Of a DNA stretch of 64,000 nucleotides, positions 40,087 through 50,053 are shown piece after piece. How positions within the stretch are numbered: the first letter of the stretch is position 1; each line of letters starts with the position of its first letter. Made by a program: the position numbers and the translations under genes. Location of the stretch: NCBI GenBank assembly GCA_963666285.1, contig OY762711.1; one strand, 5' to 3'. The stretch is from Sedimentisphaerales bacterium. Lineage in GTDB: Bacteria; Planctomycetota; Phycisphaerae; Sedimentisphaerales; SM23-30. Below the pieces are notes generated by a model. It had not been told where the DNA came from. It did no database searches and worked only from the letters and a program-made list of their open reading frames with translations.

Positions 40087-40647
40087 TTACTGCATGAGAT
40101 GTTGGATGAGTATTTTTGTGCCGATGGCGATGAGAATCAGTCCGCCGAGAATTTCCAGTTTATCTTCGAACAGGTGTCCGAAGTAATCGCCAATATATGC
40201 TCCGGCGAACGACATAACAAAAGTGATTAATCCTATCAATATAATAGGAGTGACAATACTTATGCCGAGGAAAGAGAAAGTGACCCCGACAGCGAGAGCG
40301 TCGATACTGGTAGCGATAGCGAGCAGAATGAGAATATGGAGGTTGAGCGGGTCCGCTTTTTCTTCTTCTTTTTTGCACCATTTGGCTTCGTATATCATCT
40401 TACCGCCGATGAAGCAAAGGAGTATAAACGCGATCCAATGGTCACAGCATTTGACGTATTCGGATGCGAACCGCCCGATTTGCCAGCCAATGAAAGGCAT
40501 TAGCGCCTGGAATCCGCCGAAGAAAGCGGCGATTTTCATGGCGTGTCGGACTCTCATTTTTTTAATTACAACTCCACTGGAGACGGAGACCGCGAAGGCG
40601 TCCATTGCCAGTCCGAAAGCGATAATAATTAATTCTAAGCAGCACAT
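40087..40647 (-). CDS. mntP: Manganese efflux pump MntP family
   Basis: GLAMDAFAVS, FGGFQALMP, DHWIAF.LL..IG.KMI, AIATSIDALAVG, GGLILIAIG. Confidence 0.9.
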   Translation of the reverse strand: MCCLELIIIAFGLAMDAFAVSVSSGVVIKKMRVRHAMKIAAFFGGFQALMPFIGWQIGRFASEYVKCCDHWIAFILLCFIGGKMIYEAKWCKKEEEKADPLNLHILILLAIATSIDALAVGVTFSFLGISIVTPIILIGLITFVMSFAGAYIGDYFGHLFEDKLEILGGLILIAIGTKILIQHLMQ

Positions 40648-40671
40648 AATATGAGTGAAAAACTAAGAGAT

Positions 40672-40728
40672 AGAGTTGAGGTGTCCTGATGTACGCTGAC
40701 ATCAGGAATAATTCGCTGTCGCGACCTT
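40672..40728 (+). repeat. Dispersed hairpin repeat, family C, copy 1
   Basis: Nearly identical to 43320..43376 (GAGTTGAGGTGTC.TGATGTACG.TGACATCAGGAATAATTCGCTG.CGCGACCTT). Confidence 0.9.
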
Positions 40729-40790
40729 GTTTCAAAGAGTGACGCAAAGTTTAGCTTTGTTATTAAATTGTAACCTTTGAATATCATTGT

Positions 40791-41225
40791 TTATTTATAT
40801 AAGGCGTTGGGTAATGTATCTACGAAAGCTTTGATCTGGTCACGTACTGTTCGATAGCAGTTGAGTTTATCATCTTCTGAGTCGAACTCAAGAGCCATTT
40901 TGGGCGGATCGTCAAAACCGACGTGTATAACTTTAGCGTTGCCGGGGAACATAGGGCAGGTATCGTGAGCGTGACCGCAGACGGTGATGACATAGTCGAG
41001 ATCCAAGTCAGCGAATTCGTTAATATGCTGAGATTTATGAGAGCTGATATCGACACCGGCTTCTGCCATAACCTTAACAGCGTTCGGGTTGAGTCCGTGG
41101 GTTTCGATGCCTGCGGAGAAGACATCAATCAGATCACCTTTGAGGTGCCTGGTCCATCCTTCGGCCATCTGGCTGCGGCATGAATTTCCGGTACAAAGGT
41201 ATAGGAGTTTGATTTTACTGTTCAT
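40791..41225 (-). CDS. arsC: Arsenate reductase, thioredoxin-dependent (LMW-PTP fold)
   Basis: CTGNSCRSQMAEG, ITVC.HA..TCP.FPG, FDDPP, VRDQI. Confidence 0.92.
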   Translation of the reverse strand: MNSKIKLLYLCTGNSCRSQMAEGWTRHLKGDLIDVFSAGIETHGLNPNAVKVMAEAGVDISSHKSQHINEFADLDLDYVITVCGHAHDTCPMFPGNAKVIHVGFDDPPKMALEFDSEDDKLNCYRTVRDQIKAFVDTLPNALYK

Positions 41226-41261
41226 ACGGTTTCCGGGCAAAATTTTGAGTAAGAATATAGT

Positions 41262-41600
41262 TTAGTTATCGATATCCCTGGCGAGAATCTCATCGATAAA
41301 ATATAGTTCCTTCTGGAACTCCGGGTCGTTATCCATCCTGTTTTTGACCATTTCAGCAATAGGAGCGAAGTCGCTGCTGTCTTTGTTGAGCCTGTACCAG
41401 AGTTTATCGTTATCTTTCCTGGTGGTTATAAACCCAATATTTATCAGGATTAAAAGATGCTCAGATACATCCTTTTCCGACTGGTTGAGAAATTCGATAA
41501 TCTGGCATGACAGAAGCTCGTTATTGAGAATTAACGCGGCGATAACTTTTAATCTGTCCAGGTCGGCCAGGGCCTGATAAATTGTAACCAATGTTTTCAT
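41262..41600 (-). CDS. ArsR/SmtB-family transcriptional regulator
   Basis: ALAD.DRLKVI..L...EL.SCQI...L.QS...VSEHL..L...G.I..RK....WYRL. Confidence 0.8.
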   Translation of the reverse strand: MKTLVTIYQALADLDRLKVIAALILNNELLSCQIIEFLNQSEKDVSEHLLILINIGFITTRKDNDKLWYRLNKDSSDFAPIAEMVKNRMDNDPEFQKELYFIDEILARDIDN

Positions 41601-41731
41601 ATTTGTACTAGTGCGGTATCGCACTTTTGACTGTTCAATATTATACGCAAAGGCTGGAACAGGGCCTTGTGAATGAAAAACTTAACATTTAATTGTATTT
41701 TCGAGTTATTTCTTGAAAGTATATTTAATTC

Positions 41732-41787
41732 AAAGTGTTACAGGAAGGCCCTTTTAGGCGATTTTTGCAACTTAAAAACTGCGAAAG
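41732..41787 (+). repeat. Dispersed repeat, family B, copy 3 (internally deleted)
   Basis: GGAAGGCCCTTTTAGGCGATTT joined directly to TTGCAACTTAAAAACTGCGAAAG. Confidence 0.8.
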
Positions 41788-42129
41788 TAAACTATTAAGT
41801 TGTTGTATTATATGCATTTAAGTTTAAAAGTACATATCTAATTATCCACTATATTATACAATTGAAATATAATGATTTCAATTGAAAGCCGCGAGTAGAG
41901 CGGGTAATGGTTTAAAGTGCCGCAGGTTAGTTATTGGACGTTTGAAAATGTTAGCCATATTTATTTTAAGTTTTTGTAAGAAATATATGATATTTTATAA
42001 AAAATAGCGATAATATTTATTTCGGCTTATTAAAATAAGTCAGACTAGAAGTTAAAGTACTCGCTTGCGTTTGAATAAACTCATATGCCAGCGAGGCCAA
42101 ATATTAAGAAAACGGAAAATGGAATAAAA

Positions 42130-43257
42130 ATGAGCATGAAGATTAATTTATCATCACAGGATATTACACAGGCGGAGATAGATGCGGTAGTTGGAGTTAT
42201 GAAGTCAAGTCATTTGAGTCTTGGTCCGAAGCTGCCGGAATTTGAGAATAATTTTTGTGAGTATATTGGCCGCAAGCATGCGATAGCAGCGAACAGCGGT
42301 ACGAGTGCGTTGTTTATATTAGCGAAGAGTTTCGGTTGGGGGCCGGGCGACGAGGTGATAACGACGCCGTTCAGTTTTATCTCGACGACGAATTTTATCT
42401 TGATGACAGGAGCGACGCCTGTGTTTGTTGATATTGATCTGGACAGTTATAATATAACAGCTGAGGCGGTCGAGGCCAAGATAACGGATAAGACCAAAGG
42501 AATTGTTCCGGTTGAGGTATTTGGCAACCCTAAGCATTTGGATGAGATCTGGGAGCTGGCGAAGTCAAAAGGGATATACTGCCTGGAGGATTCTTGTGAG
42601 GCGTTGGGCAGTAAGATCAATGGCAAGATGGTTGGAACTTTGGGTGATGCGAGTACATTTGCGTTTTATCCAAACAAGCAGATGACGACCGGAGAAGGCG
42701 GGATAATCCTGACAGATAATGATGACGTTGCCGCGATGTGCCGATCGCTTCGTAACCAGGGCAGGGATGAGGGAGCCGGATGGCTGCAGCATGCGAGACT
42801 GGGCTATAATTACCGGTTAAGTGATATTAATTGTGCGATTGGTGTCGAGCAGCTGAAACGTATAGAAGAGATCATCGAGAAGCGAGCTAAGGTTGCGGGC
42901 GCGTACCAGGAGCTTCTGGGCGATGAAGAACGAATAATTTTGCCGAAGACACCGGATAACAGTCGAATAAGCTGGTTTGTCTTTGTTGTGCGGCTGGCGG
43001 ATAGTTACAGTCGTGAGCAGCGAGATAAGGTATTGGAGATATTGCGCGGCGAGGGAATCGGGTGCAGTAATTACTTTACGCCGATCCATATGCAGCCGTA
43101 TATCCAGGAAGCGGTGGGTACCAAGGCTGGCGATTTCCCGGTAACCGAGCATGTCTCGGACAGGACGATTGCACTGCCGTTCTTTAATAATCTGCCGATG
43201 GCAGATGTTGAGTTTGTAAGCTGTAAGTTGAGAGAAGCGCTGGATAAAATCTCATGA
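42130..43257 (+). CDS. DegT/DnrJ/EryC1/StrS PLP-dependent aminotransferase
   Basis: NSGTSAL, GDEVITTPFSF, EDSCEALG, FAFYPNKQMTTGEGG, GYNYRLSDI. Confidence 0.94.
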   Translation: MSMKINLSSQDITQAEIDAVVGVMKSSHLSLGPKLPEFENNFCEYIGRKHAIAANSGTSALFILAKSFGWGPGDEVITTPFSFISTTNFILMTGATPVFVDIDLDSYNITAEAVEAKITDKTKGIVPVEVFGNPKHLDEIWELAKSKGIYCLEDSCEALGSKINGKMVGTLGDASTFAFYPNKQMTTGEGGIILTDNDDVAAMCRSLRNQGRDEGAGWLQHARLGYNYRLSDINCAIGVEQLKRIEEIIEKRAKVAGAYQELLGDEERIILPKTPDNSRISWFVFVVRLADSYSREQRDKVLEILRGEGIGCSNYFTPIHMQPYIQEAVGTKAGDFPVTEHVSDRTIALPFFNNLPMADVEFVSCKLREALDKIS

Positions 43258-43319
43258 GATTTTATCCAGAGTTAAGAGTGAAGAACTGAGTATGTGCTTC
43301 GCATGTCGCAAGCGGGTGA

Positions 43320-43376
43320 AGAGTTGAGGTGTCTTGATGTACGTTGACATCAGGAATAATTCGCTGGCGCGACCTT
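43320..43376 (+). repeat. Dispersed hairpin repeat, family C, copy 2
   Basis: Nearly identical to 40672..40728; short form at 44308..44335. Confidence 0.9.
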
Positions 43377-43675
43377 AAAATAATCGGCTCCGCCGAAATT
43401 GAAATTGCAGGGTAGGGAGCGATATGGCTTAGAGAAGTTTGTGTGCTGCCTGATTAGACCGGCTCTTGATGTGGTTTGGATAAGTTCACGTATTAGATGG
43501 ATAATAATATTTTTAATGAGGCAGGATAGTTCGTTGAAAATGAGGATTTAAAATTGGCGCTTGCATAATAATGAATAATGGTTTATTATATGTGGCTCTT
43601 TGCTATTGAAAAAAGAGCATTGGCTATCAATGCATTAATGATAAGTAATTGTAAAAACTAGACTTGGAGATTGCA

Positions 43676-43753
43676 ATGGGTAAAGCAAGACGTCGTCGTA
43701 AAGTAGGCAGCAAGAAACGAAAAGCACGCTGGAAGGCTCGTCACAAGAAATAA
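43676..43753 (+). CDS. 25-aa highly basic peptide, bS22/AURKAIP1-COX24-like candidate small ribosomal protein
   Basis: MGKARRRRKVGSKKRKARWKARHKK*; GGAG RBS upstream; hairpin 43759..43782 downstream. Confidence 0.7.
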   Translation: MGKARRRRKVGSKKRKARWKARHKK

Positions 43754-44003
43754 TTGAATTAAGCTGACAAAGTTCAGCTTAAGCGGTGTTAGATATTAGT
43801 TAAGTATCAGGAAAGGTTTGTCTCTAGTCTTTGATAAAGTCAGGACGGGTCGAATATAATTTCCAGCACTAATTAACTTAATCTTATACTAAGAAAATTA
43901 TTTCAGAGCTATATAGACAAGCGGTTTTTTTGCGCTTCCTGAATTTACATGGATGTTATTGAATAAAGGATACTCAGGACGAGTATCACATTGATCGAAA
44001 CGC

Positions 44004-44040
44004 AAAACACCTGGGCTGACAGTTCAGTTCAGGTGTTTTT
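44004..44040. terminator. Intrinsic terminator-like hairpin
   Basis: AAAACACCTGGGCTGA/TCAGTTCAGGTGTTTT stem. Confidence 0.6.
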
Positions 44041-44340
44041 CTGCGCGCAGGGAACGTCATAGACATAGGGCAGACAAGTTATGTTAAATAACTCAAACTG
44101 ACCGATGGCCAGTTTGAGAGGTATTAGGTATTAGTTATTTGGTATTAGGGAAGGTTTGCCGCGAAGCGGCAGGCTAATTAAATCATTAATGTAACAATTT
44201 GCATTGAATTGTGTTACAGCAATAAAAAATGTAAAATCGGTCACTTTGAGTAAATTAAAAAACTGTTGTTTTTTAATTTAACAAGTGAAGAACTAAGAGT
44301 GAAGAGAAGAGTTGCGGTGTCGCTGACGCGACCTTAAATA

Positions 44341-44528
44341 AAGAGTAAAGTGTAAAATATAAATGTAAAGAAGGTGTTCTGTGCCATACGGTAGAGGACC
44401 CTTGTTTTACAAGCTGACGCATAAGTCGGCTTCTATTATAATCGTTGCAATTATATATATTGTAATATGTTATGAATGTTATAAATACAAACGACACATA
44501 AAAAGAAGAATATGATTGGTAGTTGTAT
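44341..44528 (+). repeat. Dispersed repeat, family D, copy 2
   Basis: Aligns with 37482..37618 and with the IS3-split copy at 27605..27639 / 29052..29100. Confidence 0.85.
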
Positions 44529-44574
44529 AGCGATTAGGGTAACGGTTGAGTGAGTAAAAAAGAGACAGCGCAAT

Positions 44575-44618
44575 AAAAAACCTCTGAATCAGTATAAGCT
44601 ACTAACTTTCAGAGGTTT
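44575..44618 (-). terminator. Terminator of the ferredoxin gene
   Basis: AAACCTCTGAA/TTCAGAGGTTT stem with U-tract on - strand. Confidence 0.7.
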
Positions 44619-44641
44619 ATATTGCAAATTAGTGGTTGGTA

Positions 44642-44812
44642 TTAACCAGCATTAATAGCAGAGACGGGACATTCATCCACGCAAGCACCGCAGTCGATGC
44701 AAAGGCTAGGATCGATTGAGTATTGTTCTTCACCTTCTTTGATAGCTTCTACCGGGCATGCGTCCAAACAGGTACCGCAAGTTGTACATTCACTTGAAAT
44801 AACATGTGCCAT
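44642..44812 (-). CDS. 2[4Fe-4S] ferredoxin (56 aa)
   Basis: MAHVISSECTTCGTCLDACPVEAIKEGEEQYSIDPSLCIDCGACVDECPVSAINAG*; two CxxCxxCxxxCP motifs; AAGGAG RBS. Confidence 0.95.
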   Translation of the reverse strand: MAHVISSECTTCGTCLDACPVEAIKEGEEQYSIDPSLCIDCGACVDECPVSAINAG

Positions 44813-45327
44813 TTTTCTTACTCCTTACAAATAGAGAGTTATATACATTCATGCCGGTATAGCATCCGGCGTTTCAATTACAATTAAGATATAGATTAAA
44901 CTGATAATTCACAATTAGTCAACTATGATTTTATTATTTTTCTGTTTTTTTTCGGCAATTATTTTTGTTTGTAATTATTTGTGAGATAGTGACTTGTAAG
45001 CCAAAGAAAATAAGTTATGGCTAACATTCTGAATAAGGGCTGAACTAATGGATTTTTACGTTAAGAATAGGGGGTGTTTATATGTGTCTGGAAGTGAACC
45101 AAGCGTAATATTATAGAAAATCGTCATATACCATTAATGTATATACAGGAAGGTGTGGAGGTAACTAAATGTATATCCGGATAGGGAATTTAAGACATAG
45201 ATTGGTTTCGATATTTATAAGTTGTTTTATTTTATGACTTTATATTAATTGGCAAATTATGGCATGACTGTTGTTAATAGTAAGGCATTAACAGAAAAGA
45301 AACACCCTATTATTAAGGAGAGCAGTT

Positions 45328-46251
45328 ATGCAGAAGGCAATAAGAACATTTGGATTATTATTTTTGATGGTGGCGGTAGTGGGCTGCGGGACGGGCAGTC
45401 ATACAGGTTATGCATCGCCGAGAGAGACAATGCTGTCTGACATGCCTGATGCCGGAGCTTCAAATGCACCAGGTGGAGAAGTGCAGGATAAGGTAGGAAG
45501 TTATACATTGGGCAGTAGCAAAAACAAACCTGTGGGATCAGAGGAGATGTTCCCGGTAAACATATCAGTTGCTCATGTGAGCTATAATGATTATTACGGT
45601 ATGTATAACAGATATAATAATGGTCAGTCAAAAGATAAGTTTAAGGTTGTAACTACACGAGACATTGAGCAGCAGGTTCATTATGAGATGCTGGGCAAGC
45701 TTGCCGGAGTAAATTCTATCGCACCGATCAATTTTATGCTGGTACCTGACAAGTGTGAGAATATTCGAGATCTGTGTAAGGCAGCCGGGGTGCTAAATAC
45801 CGATATGCTGCTGGTGTATACATTAGAGACCAGTAATAAAACCAAGGCGGTCGATATCGGTCCGCTGGCAGCGGTAACGCTGGGCTTTACACCTAACCGG
45901 ATGGAATATGTTACATCGACAGCGGCGGCGACGCTGATAGATGTTCGGACGGGTCATGTATTTGGTTCTTTTGAAGGGAGCTGGACGAATAATCATAATT
46001 CCAGTGTATGGTCGGAGAATGAGATAAGGACGAATCTAAGTATCGATACCCAGCAGAAGGCATTTGATATACTGGTGAATACTGTCTGTAAGGCATGGCC
46101 TGAGGTTGTAAGTCAGAACAGGTACAGGGTAGTGAGTACGGAAAGATCATATGGTAAACTGACCCGGCCAGTGAAGCAATCGGTGGTGTCGGTTGAGCAT
46201 TCAAGTAATGATGAGGGTGATGGAGTCGAAGGCAATTCGTTTTGGGATTAG
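45328..46251 (+). CDS. Hypothetical lipoprotein
   Basis: Signal ending VVGC (lipobox); AAGGAG RBS; LIDVRTG motif seen in CsgG-like lipoproteins. Confidence 0.7.
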   Translation: MQKAIRTFGLLFLMVAVVGCGTGSHTGYASPRETMLSDMPDAGASNAPGGEVQDKVGSYTLGSSKNKPVGSEEMFPVNISVAHVSYNDYYGMYNRYNNGQSKDKFKVVTTRDIEQQVHYEMLGKLAGVNSIAPINFMLVPDKCENIRDLCKAAGVLNTDMLLVYTLETSNKTKAVDIGPLAAVTLGFTPNRMEYVTSTAAATLIDVRTGHVFGSFEGSWTNNHNSSVWSENEIRTNLSIDTQQKAFDILVNTVCKAWPEVVSQNRYRVVSTERSYGKLTRPVKQSVVSVEHSSNDEGDGVEGNSFWD

Positions 46252-46574
46252 AATCAGAGCCGGAGCAATTTTTAATTCAAACTTATTTATGGTTCGGTTT
46301 GGGAGGAATTGGTATCTGGCAGGGAATGTCGCAGATCGGCAACCAAATTGAAATTATTGTAACCGTTCACACGGTTAGAGTAATAAGATATAAGTAAAAA
46401 GAAATAAGCTAAGGTTGCGCTTATCGCGAACTATTTTAAAGCTCCGCAAACACAGAATCTGACGCAAATAACGCACCTGTGAGTGCTTACAAATAATTAA
46501 AGTAACAGATTGCACTATAATTTGAAACAGCAAAGCGAAGTGTAAAACGGGCGTTTTGAGTAAAGGAAACACTA

Positions 46575-47759
46575 ATGGATAATACGAATATAGCCGGTAG
46601 AAGAAAACGAATATTGTTTACCCCGACGCTGGGTTTTGCCCACGTTACCAGGTCGCTGATGCTTGCCAAAGAGCTGGCAGGAGATTTTGATGTAAGGGTA
46701 TCGCTTTCGCGCGAGTTTGTTTCGCTGGCGGAAGAATTGCAGATAGATACGCAGCCGGTTGATCTGGCGGTTATCGATTATGAGAAGTTTGCGCGTGGTG
46801 AGCCGATGTTTGAAACCGAGGAGATAATAGAGCAGTATGCCAGTGTCTATGGTGCAGTTATGGACGAATACAAGCCAGATTGTGTAGTTAGTTCGATGCC
46901 TCTCGCGGTAAGGATACCGATCCAGTCGCGAGGAATCCCGCATGTTACAATCTTTGATGCCTGTAATCATCCTAAGTTTGGACTTTCGGATGAATTGCCG
47001 CCAGAGCAGCTGCAACAGCGGATGGTGCAGGTTAGAGAGATGTTTGCCCGGTTCAATGCGGTAGCGAAGCGGCATAATGCGTCTGAGGGCGATTCGCTGC
47101 GGGCATTTTTTACTGCGGACTTTAACTTGATACCGGATTTACCGACATTGTTTCCTATTGATGAACTGCCGGAGGGGTTTGTATTTATGGGGCCGGTAAC
47201 ATGGAAGGGAGCTGACAAGCCGCTTGATCCTACAGTTGTGGTAGATCCGGATAAGCCGCTGGTCTATGTGTCAATGGGCAGCTCCGGTAATCGTGAGCAT
47301 ATGAAAATGATAGCGAAGCAGCTGCGGGATTCGCCGTACCAGGTTGTAATAACCACTGGCGGGGTGATCGAAGCTTGTGAGCTGCAATCATATGAGCGGC
47401 CCGGCTTTTATGTCAGGGATTTTCTGGCGGGAGATAAGGTAATGGCCTTGAGTAAAGAGACGGTTGTAATATGTCATGGCGGGATAGGAACTGTCTACCA
47501 GGCATTGGAACATGAGGTGCGCGGCATACTCGTTATGCCGGCACATTGGCAGCATAAGCGGATTGGGAATCGCCTGGCAGAGATAGGGCTGGGAAAACTT
47601 TTAACAGAAACTGATCTGTCAAGAGTTGTCGAATATGCTGATGAGCTGCAGACAACCCCTAAAGGTTCAGCTTCATTTGATATTAAAACAGGCTTTCAGA
47701 CATACGTTGGCGCTCCTTTGGGAAAAGAAATAATTTCAGGATTTATGAGCAGCTTATAG
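46575..47759 (+). CDS. GT-B glycosyltransferase (GT1/GT28-like)
   Basis: GFAHVTR, PLVYVSMGSSG, VICHGGIGT, P.HWQH. Confidence 0.85.
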   Translation: MDNTNIAGRRKRILFTPTLGFAHVTRSLMLAKELAGDFDVRVSLSREFVSLAEELQIDTQPVDLAVIDYEKFARGEPMFETEEIIEQYASVYGAVMDEYKPDCVVSSMPLAVRIPIQSRGIPHVTIFDACNHPKFGLSDELPPEQLQQRMVQVREMFARFNAVAKRHNASEGDSLRAFFTADFNLIPDLPTLFPIDELPEGFVFMGPVTWKGADKPLDPTVVVDPDKPLVYVSMGSSGNREHMKMIAKQLRDSPYQVVITTGGVIEACELQSYERPGFYVRDFLAGDKVMALSKETVVICHGGIGTVYQALEHEVRGILVMPAHWQHKRIGNRLAEIGLGKLLTETDLSRVVEYADELQTTPKGSASFDIKTGFQTYVGAPLGKEIISGFMSSL

Positions 47760-48249
47760 CCAAAAGCTAAGAAAAGGCAGTAGGCAGTGGTCGGCAGGCA
47801 GAAGGGACGATTGTTGCTTCGCAACCTTGTATAAAACGCCTGGCGGCTAAATGTACCGAGCTGGGTTCGGCGAACCCGGCATGGAAGAATTTATACGCAT
47901 AGGAGGGGTAAAGGTATCTGATAGCTCTAATTTCCCTTTAAGACAATTAGAAAGTTCGAATGAGAAAAACGACCAACTACGTCCTATAATTCCTTTCGGG
48001 TGCTATTTATTGTTTATAGCTTCTTAACCTGGATGTATATATTTTAGTGGACTAGCTTTCTCGCTACTATTATTATGTTCAATAGTAGGATTTGATCGTG
48101 GTTTGCACCTGTATATAGGGGATTTGTCTTAATTACCTGCGGTAATCTGTCGATAACGATTTAGTGATTGTATTTACATAATTAAAGCTAATAAGAGCGT
48201 TTACCATAAAATAACATAACTATAGTTTACATTTCCAGCGAGGTCAGAA

Positions 48250-49740
48250 ATGAGAAAAATCAGCTTACTTATTTTGTTCATCATTGTAATCTTTGATTGT
48301 CCGGTACTTGCCAAAGATATCTATGTCAGTCCTTCTGCCGATGGCGACTTTACTACAATCACAGATGCTTACAATGCAGATTCTACTGTAGATGGTGATG
48401 TAATTATTCTTGCTCCTGTTGAATACCTGGAAAACCTGACATTTCAAAGTAAGAGAGTCACTTTACGCGGAGAATCACCGGAACTAAGAGATCAAACAAT
48501 TATAGCAGGAGGAGAAAGTGTTACTGCATATATTGTTGATTCTGCGCATGGAACAGTTTTTAAGGACTTAACAGTTAAACATCAGCCTGGTAAAATTGGG
48601 TCTGGCCTTTACATTGGTGCAAATAATATCTCTATAATCAACTGTCAGGTAACCGGTAATATTAGTGATGAAAATTATGGTTCCGCTCTTTACGCAGGAG
48701 GCTGCGATGATTTAATTATCAGCGATTGTAATATTCATTTAAATAGTGCAAACGATTATGGTGGGATAATTTATCTTGGAGGTTGTGAGAATGTGATGAT
48801 CTCTAATTGCCAGATACATAATAATAATACTTATGGTACGGGTGGCATAGTGCAAATGGAATCATCCGAAATCATTACTTTTAAGAACTGTGAGTTCTAT
48901 GAAAACAATTGTCGCGATAAGGGAGGGGCGTTATGTCTGAGGCAATCAGATTTACAATGCGTCAATTGTAAGTTTATAAATAACACAGTCGATGCCGACG
49001 ATGAAAGTATTACTGATAAAGCCAGGGGCGGCGCAATCTATTTGGATGATACTGAATTAATTTTATCGAACTGTGTTTTTAGCGGTAATACGGTAACCGG
49101 TCAGGCAGTACCGTTAGGCGGTGCTATATATAGCATTGAATCTGCACCGGTTATTACCAATTGTACTTTCTATCAAAATTTCGCACAAAATAGCGGTAGA
49201 GGTGGAGCAATATACAATTCTGACAATTCTAAGCCGCTTATCAGTAATTGCATCTTCCGCTTGAACAATTCTAATGGAGAAATTACCAATGCCTCAACCG
49301 CGCACCCGCAGATCAGATATAGCCTGGTGTACGGCAGCGGCGGCAGCGACAACTGGGACACTTCTATCGGAGAAGATCTTGGCAGCAATATTGATGGTTA
49401 TCCATATTTTAACTCTAGCGAAGACCTCACTCTCAAAAGAATTTCTCCATGTATTGATGCCGGTCGTTCCGAGCTGCTTGGCCTGGATACTGCCGATGTT
49501 GACAATGACGGCGATACCTTCGAATGGATTCCGTTTGATGTAGATGGTAATCCCAGGTTCTCAAATGCACTGCATAGACCAGATATGCCAAATATGCCAT
49601 ATCCATCTATTGATATGGGAGCTTATGAATATCATGGGATACCATCAGTGGGGCTTATCGGCGATATCGATGGCAGTGGAATCGTTGACCTGCTCGACTT
49701 CCAGCTAATGGCAGGCAACTGGCTCAAAACAACTGATTAA
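48250..49740 (+). CDS. Secreted right-handed beta-helix protein with C-terminal dockerin-like motif
   Basis: Signal peptide; repeated I.NC.F..N...GGAIY; SPCIDAG...IDMGAYE; GDIDGSGIVDLLDFQLMAGNWL. Confidence 0.85.
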   Translation: MRKISLLILFIIVIFDCPVLAKDIYVSPSADGDFTTITDAYNADSTVDGDVIILAPVEYLENLTFQSKRVTLRGESPELRDQTIIAGGESVTAYIVDSAHGTVFKDLTVKHQPGKIGSGLYIGANNISIINCQVTGNISDENYGSALYAGGCDDLIISDCNIHLNSANDYGGIIYLGGCENVMISNCQIHNNNTYGTGGIVQMESSEIITFKNCEFYENNCRDKGGALCLRQSDLQCVNCKFINNTVDADDESITDKARGGAIYLDDTELILSNCVFSGNTVTGQAVPLGGAIYSIESAPVITNCTFYQNFAQNSGRGGAIYNSDNSKPLISNCIFRLNNSNGEITNASTAHPQIRYSLVYGSGGSDNWDTSIGEDLGSNIDGYPYFNSSEDLTLKRISPCIDAGRSELLGLDTADVDNDGDTFEWIPFDVDGNPRFSNALHRPDMPNMPYPSIDMGAYEYHGIPSVGLIGDIDGSGIVDLLDFQLMAGNWLKTTD

Positions 49741-49751
49741 CAAATCCAGGG

Positions 49752-50042
49752 TTATTTTGAAGTTTGTGGTTTGGGAAATATTTTTTTGGTTACGGTAATG
49801 ATAGCAGCGATGATGAGCCATTGCGGTATTCCGGCAAGGACTAGCGGGAGCAGATCCATTTGGATGCCCATAGTTTTCAGCAGCCATACGCCTGAGTAGT
49901 TAGCGTAATAGTATAACATGGAGAATGCGAAGGATGATCCCTGGTCGTTTATGCCTATGGTGGTATCGAAGATTAACAGTACTATGCCTAGGAGAAGGTG
50001 TATGGCGAGAATTGTTATGGTGATTTTGTCAAAAGGTTTCAT
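49752..50042 (-). CDS. Small hypothetical membrane protein
   Basis: 96 aa with about 3 hydrophobic segments, 11 nt downstream of the 50054..51058 gene. Confidence 0.6.
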   Translation of the reverse strand: MKPFDKITITILAIHLLLGIVLLIFDTTIGINDQGSSFAFSMLYYYANYSGVWLLKTMGIQMDLLPLVLAGIPQWLIIAAIITVTKKIFPKPQTSK

Positions 50043-50053
50043 AGTTGTTTATT

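Noticed and set aside
44062..44089. dif site (exact TTATGTTAAAT XerD arm at 44079..44089)
   Set aside because: The left arm GACATAGGGCA does not resemble a XerC arm; a XerC-like arm near 24806..24816 likewise lacks a partner
40672..44335. CRISPR array from recurring repeats
   Set aside because: Copies are kilobases apart with genes between them; no regular repeat-spacer period and no cas genes
46446..46486. c-di-GMP-I riboswitch look-alike (GCAAAC...GACGCAAA) upstream of a glycosyltransferase
   Set aside because: Lacks the GAAA-tetraloop P2 stem and a recognisable P3/receptor; probably chance, though a cmscan would settle it
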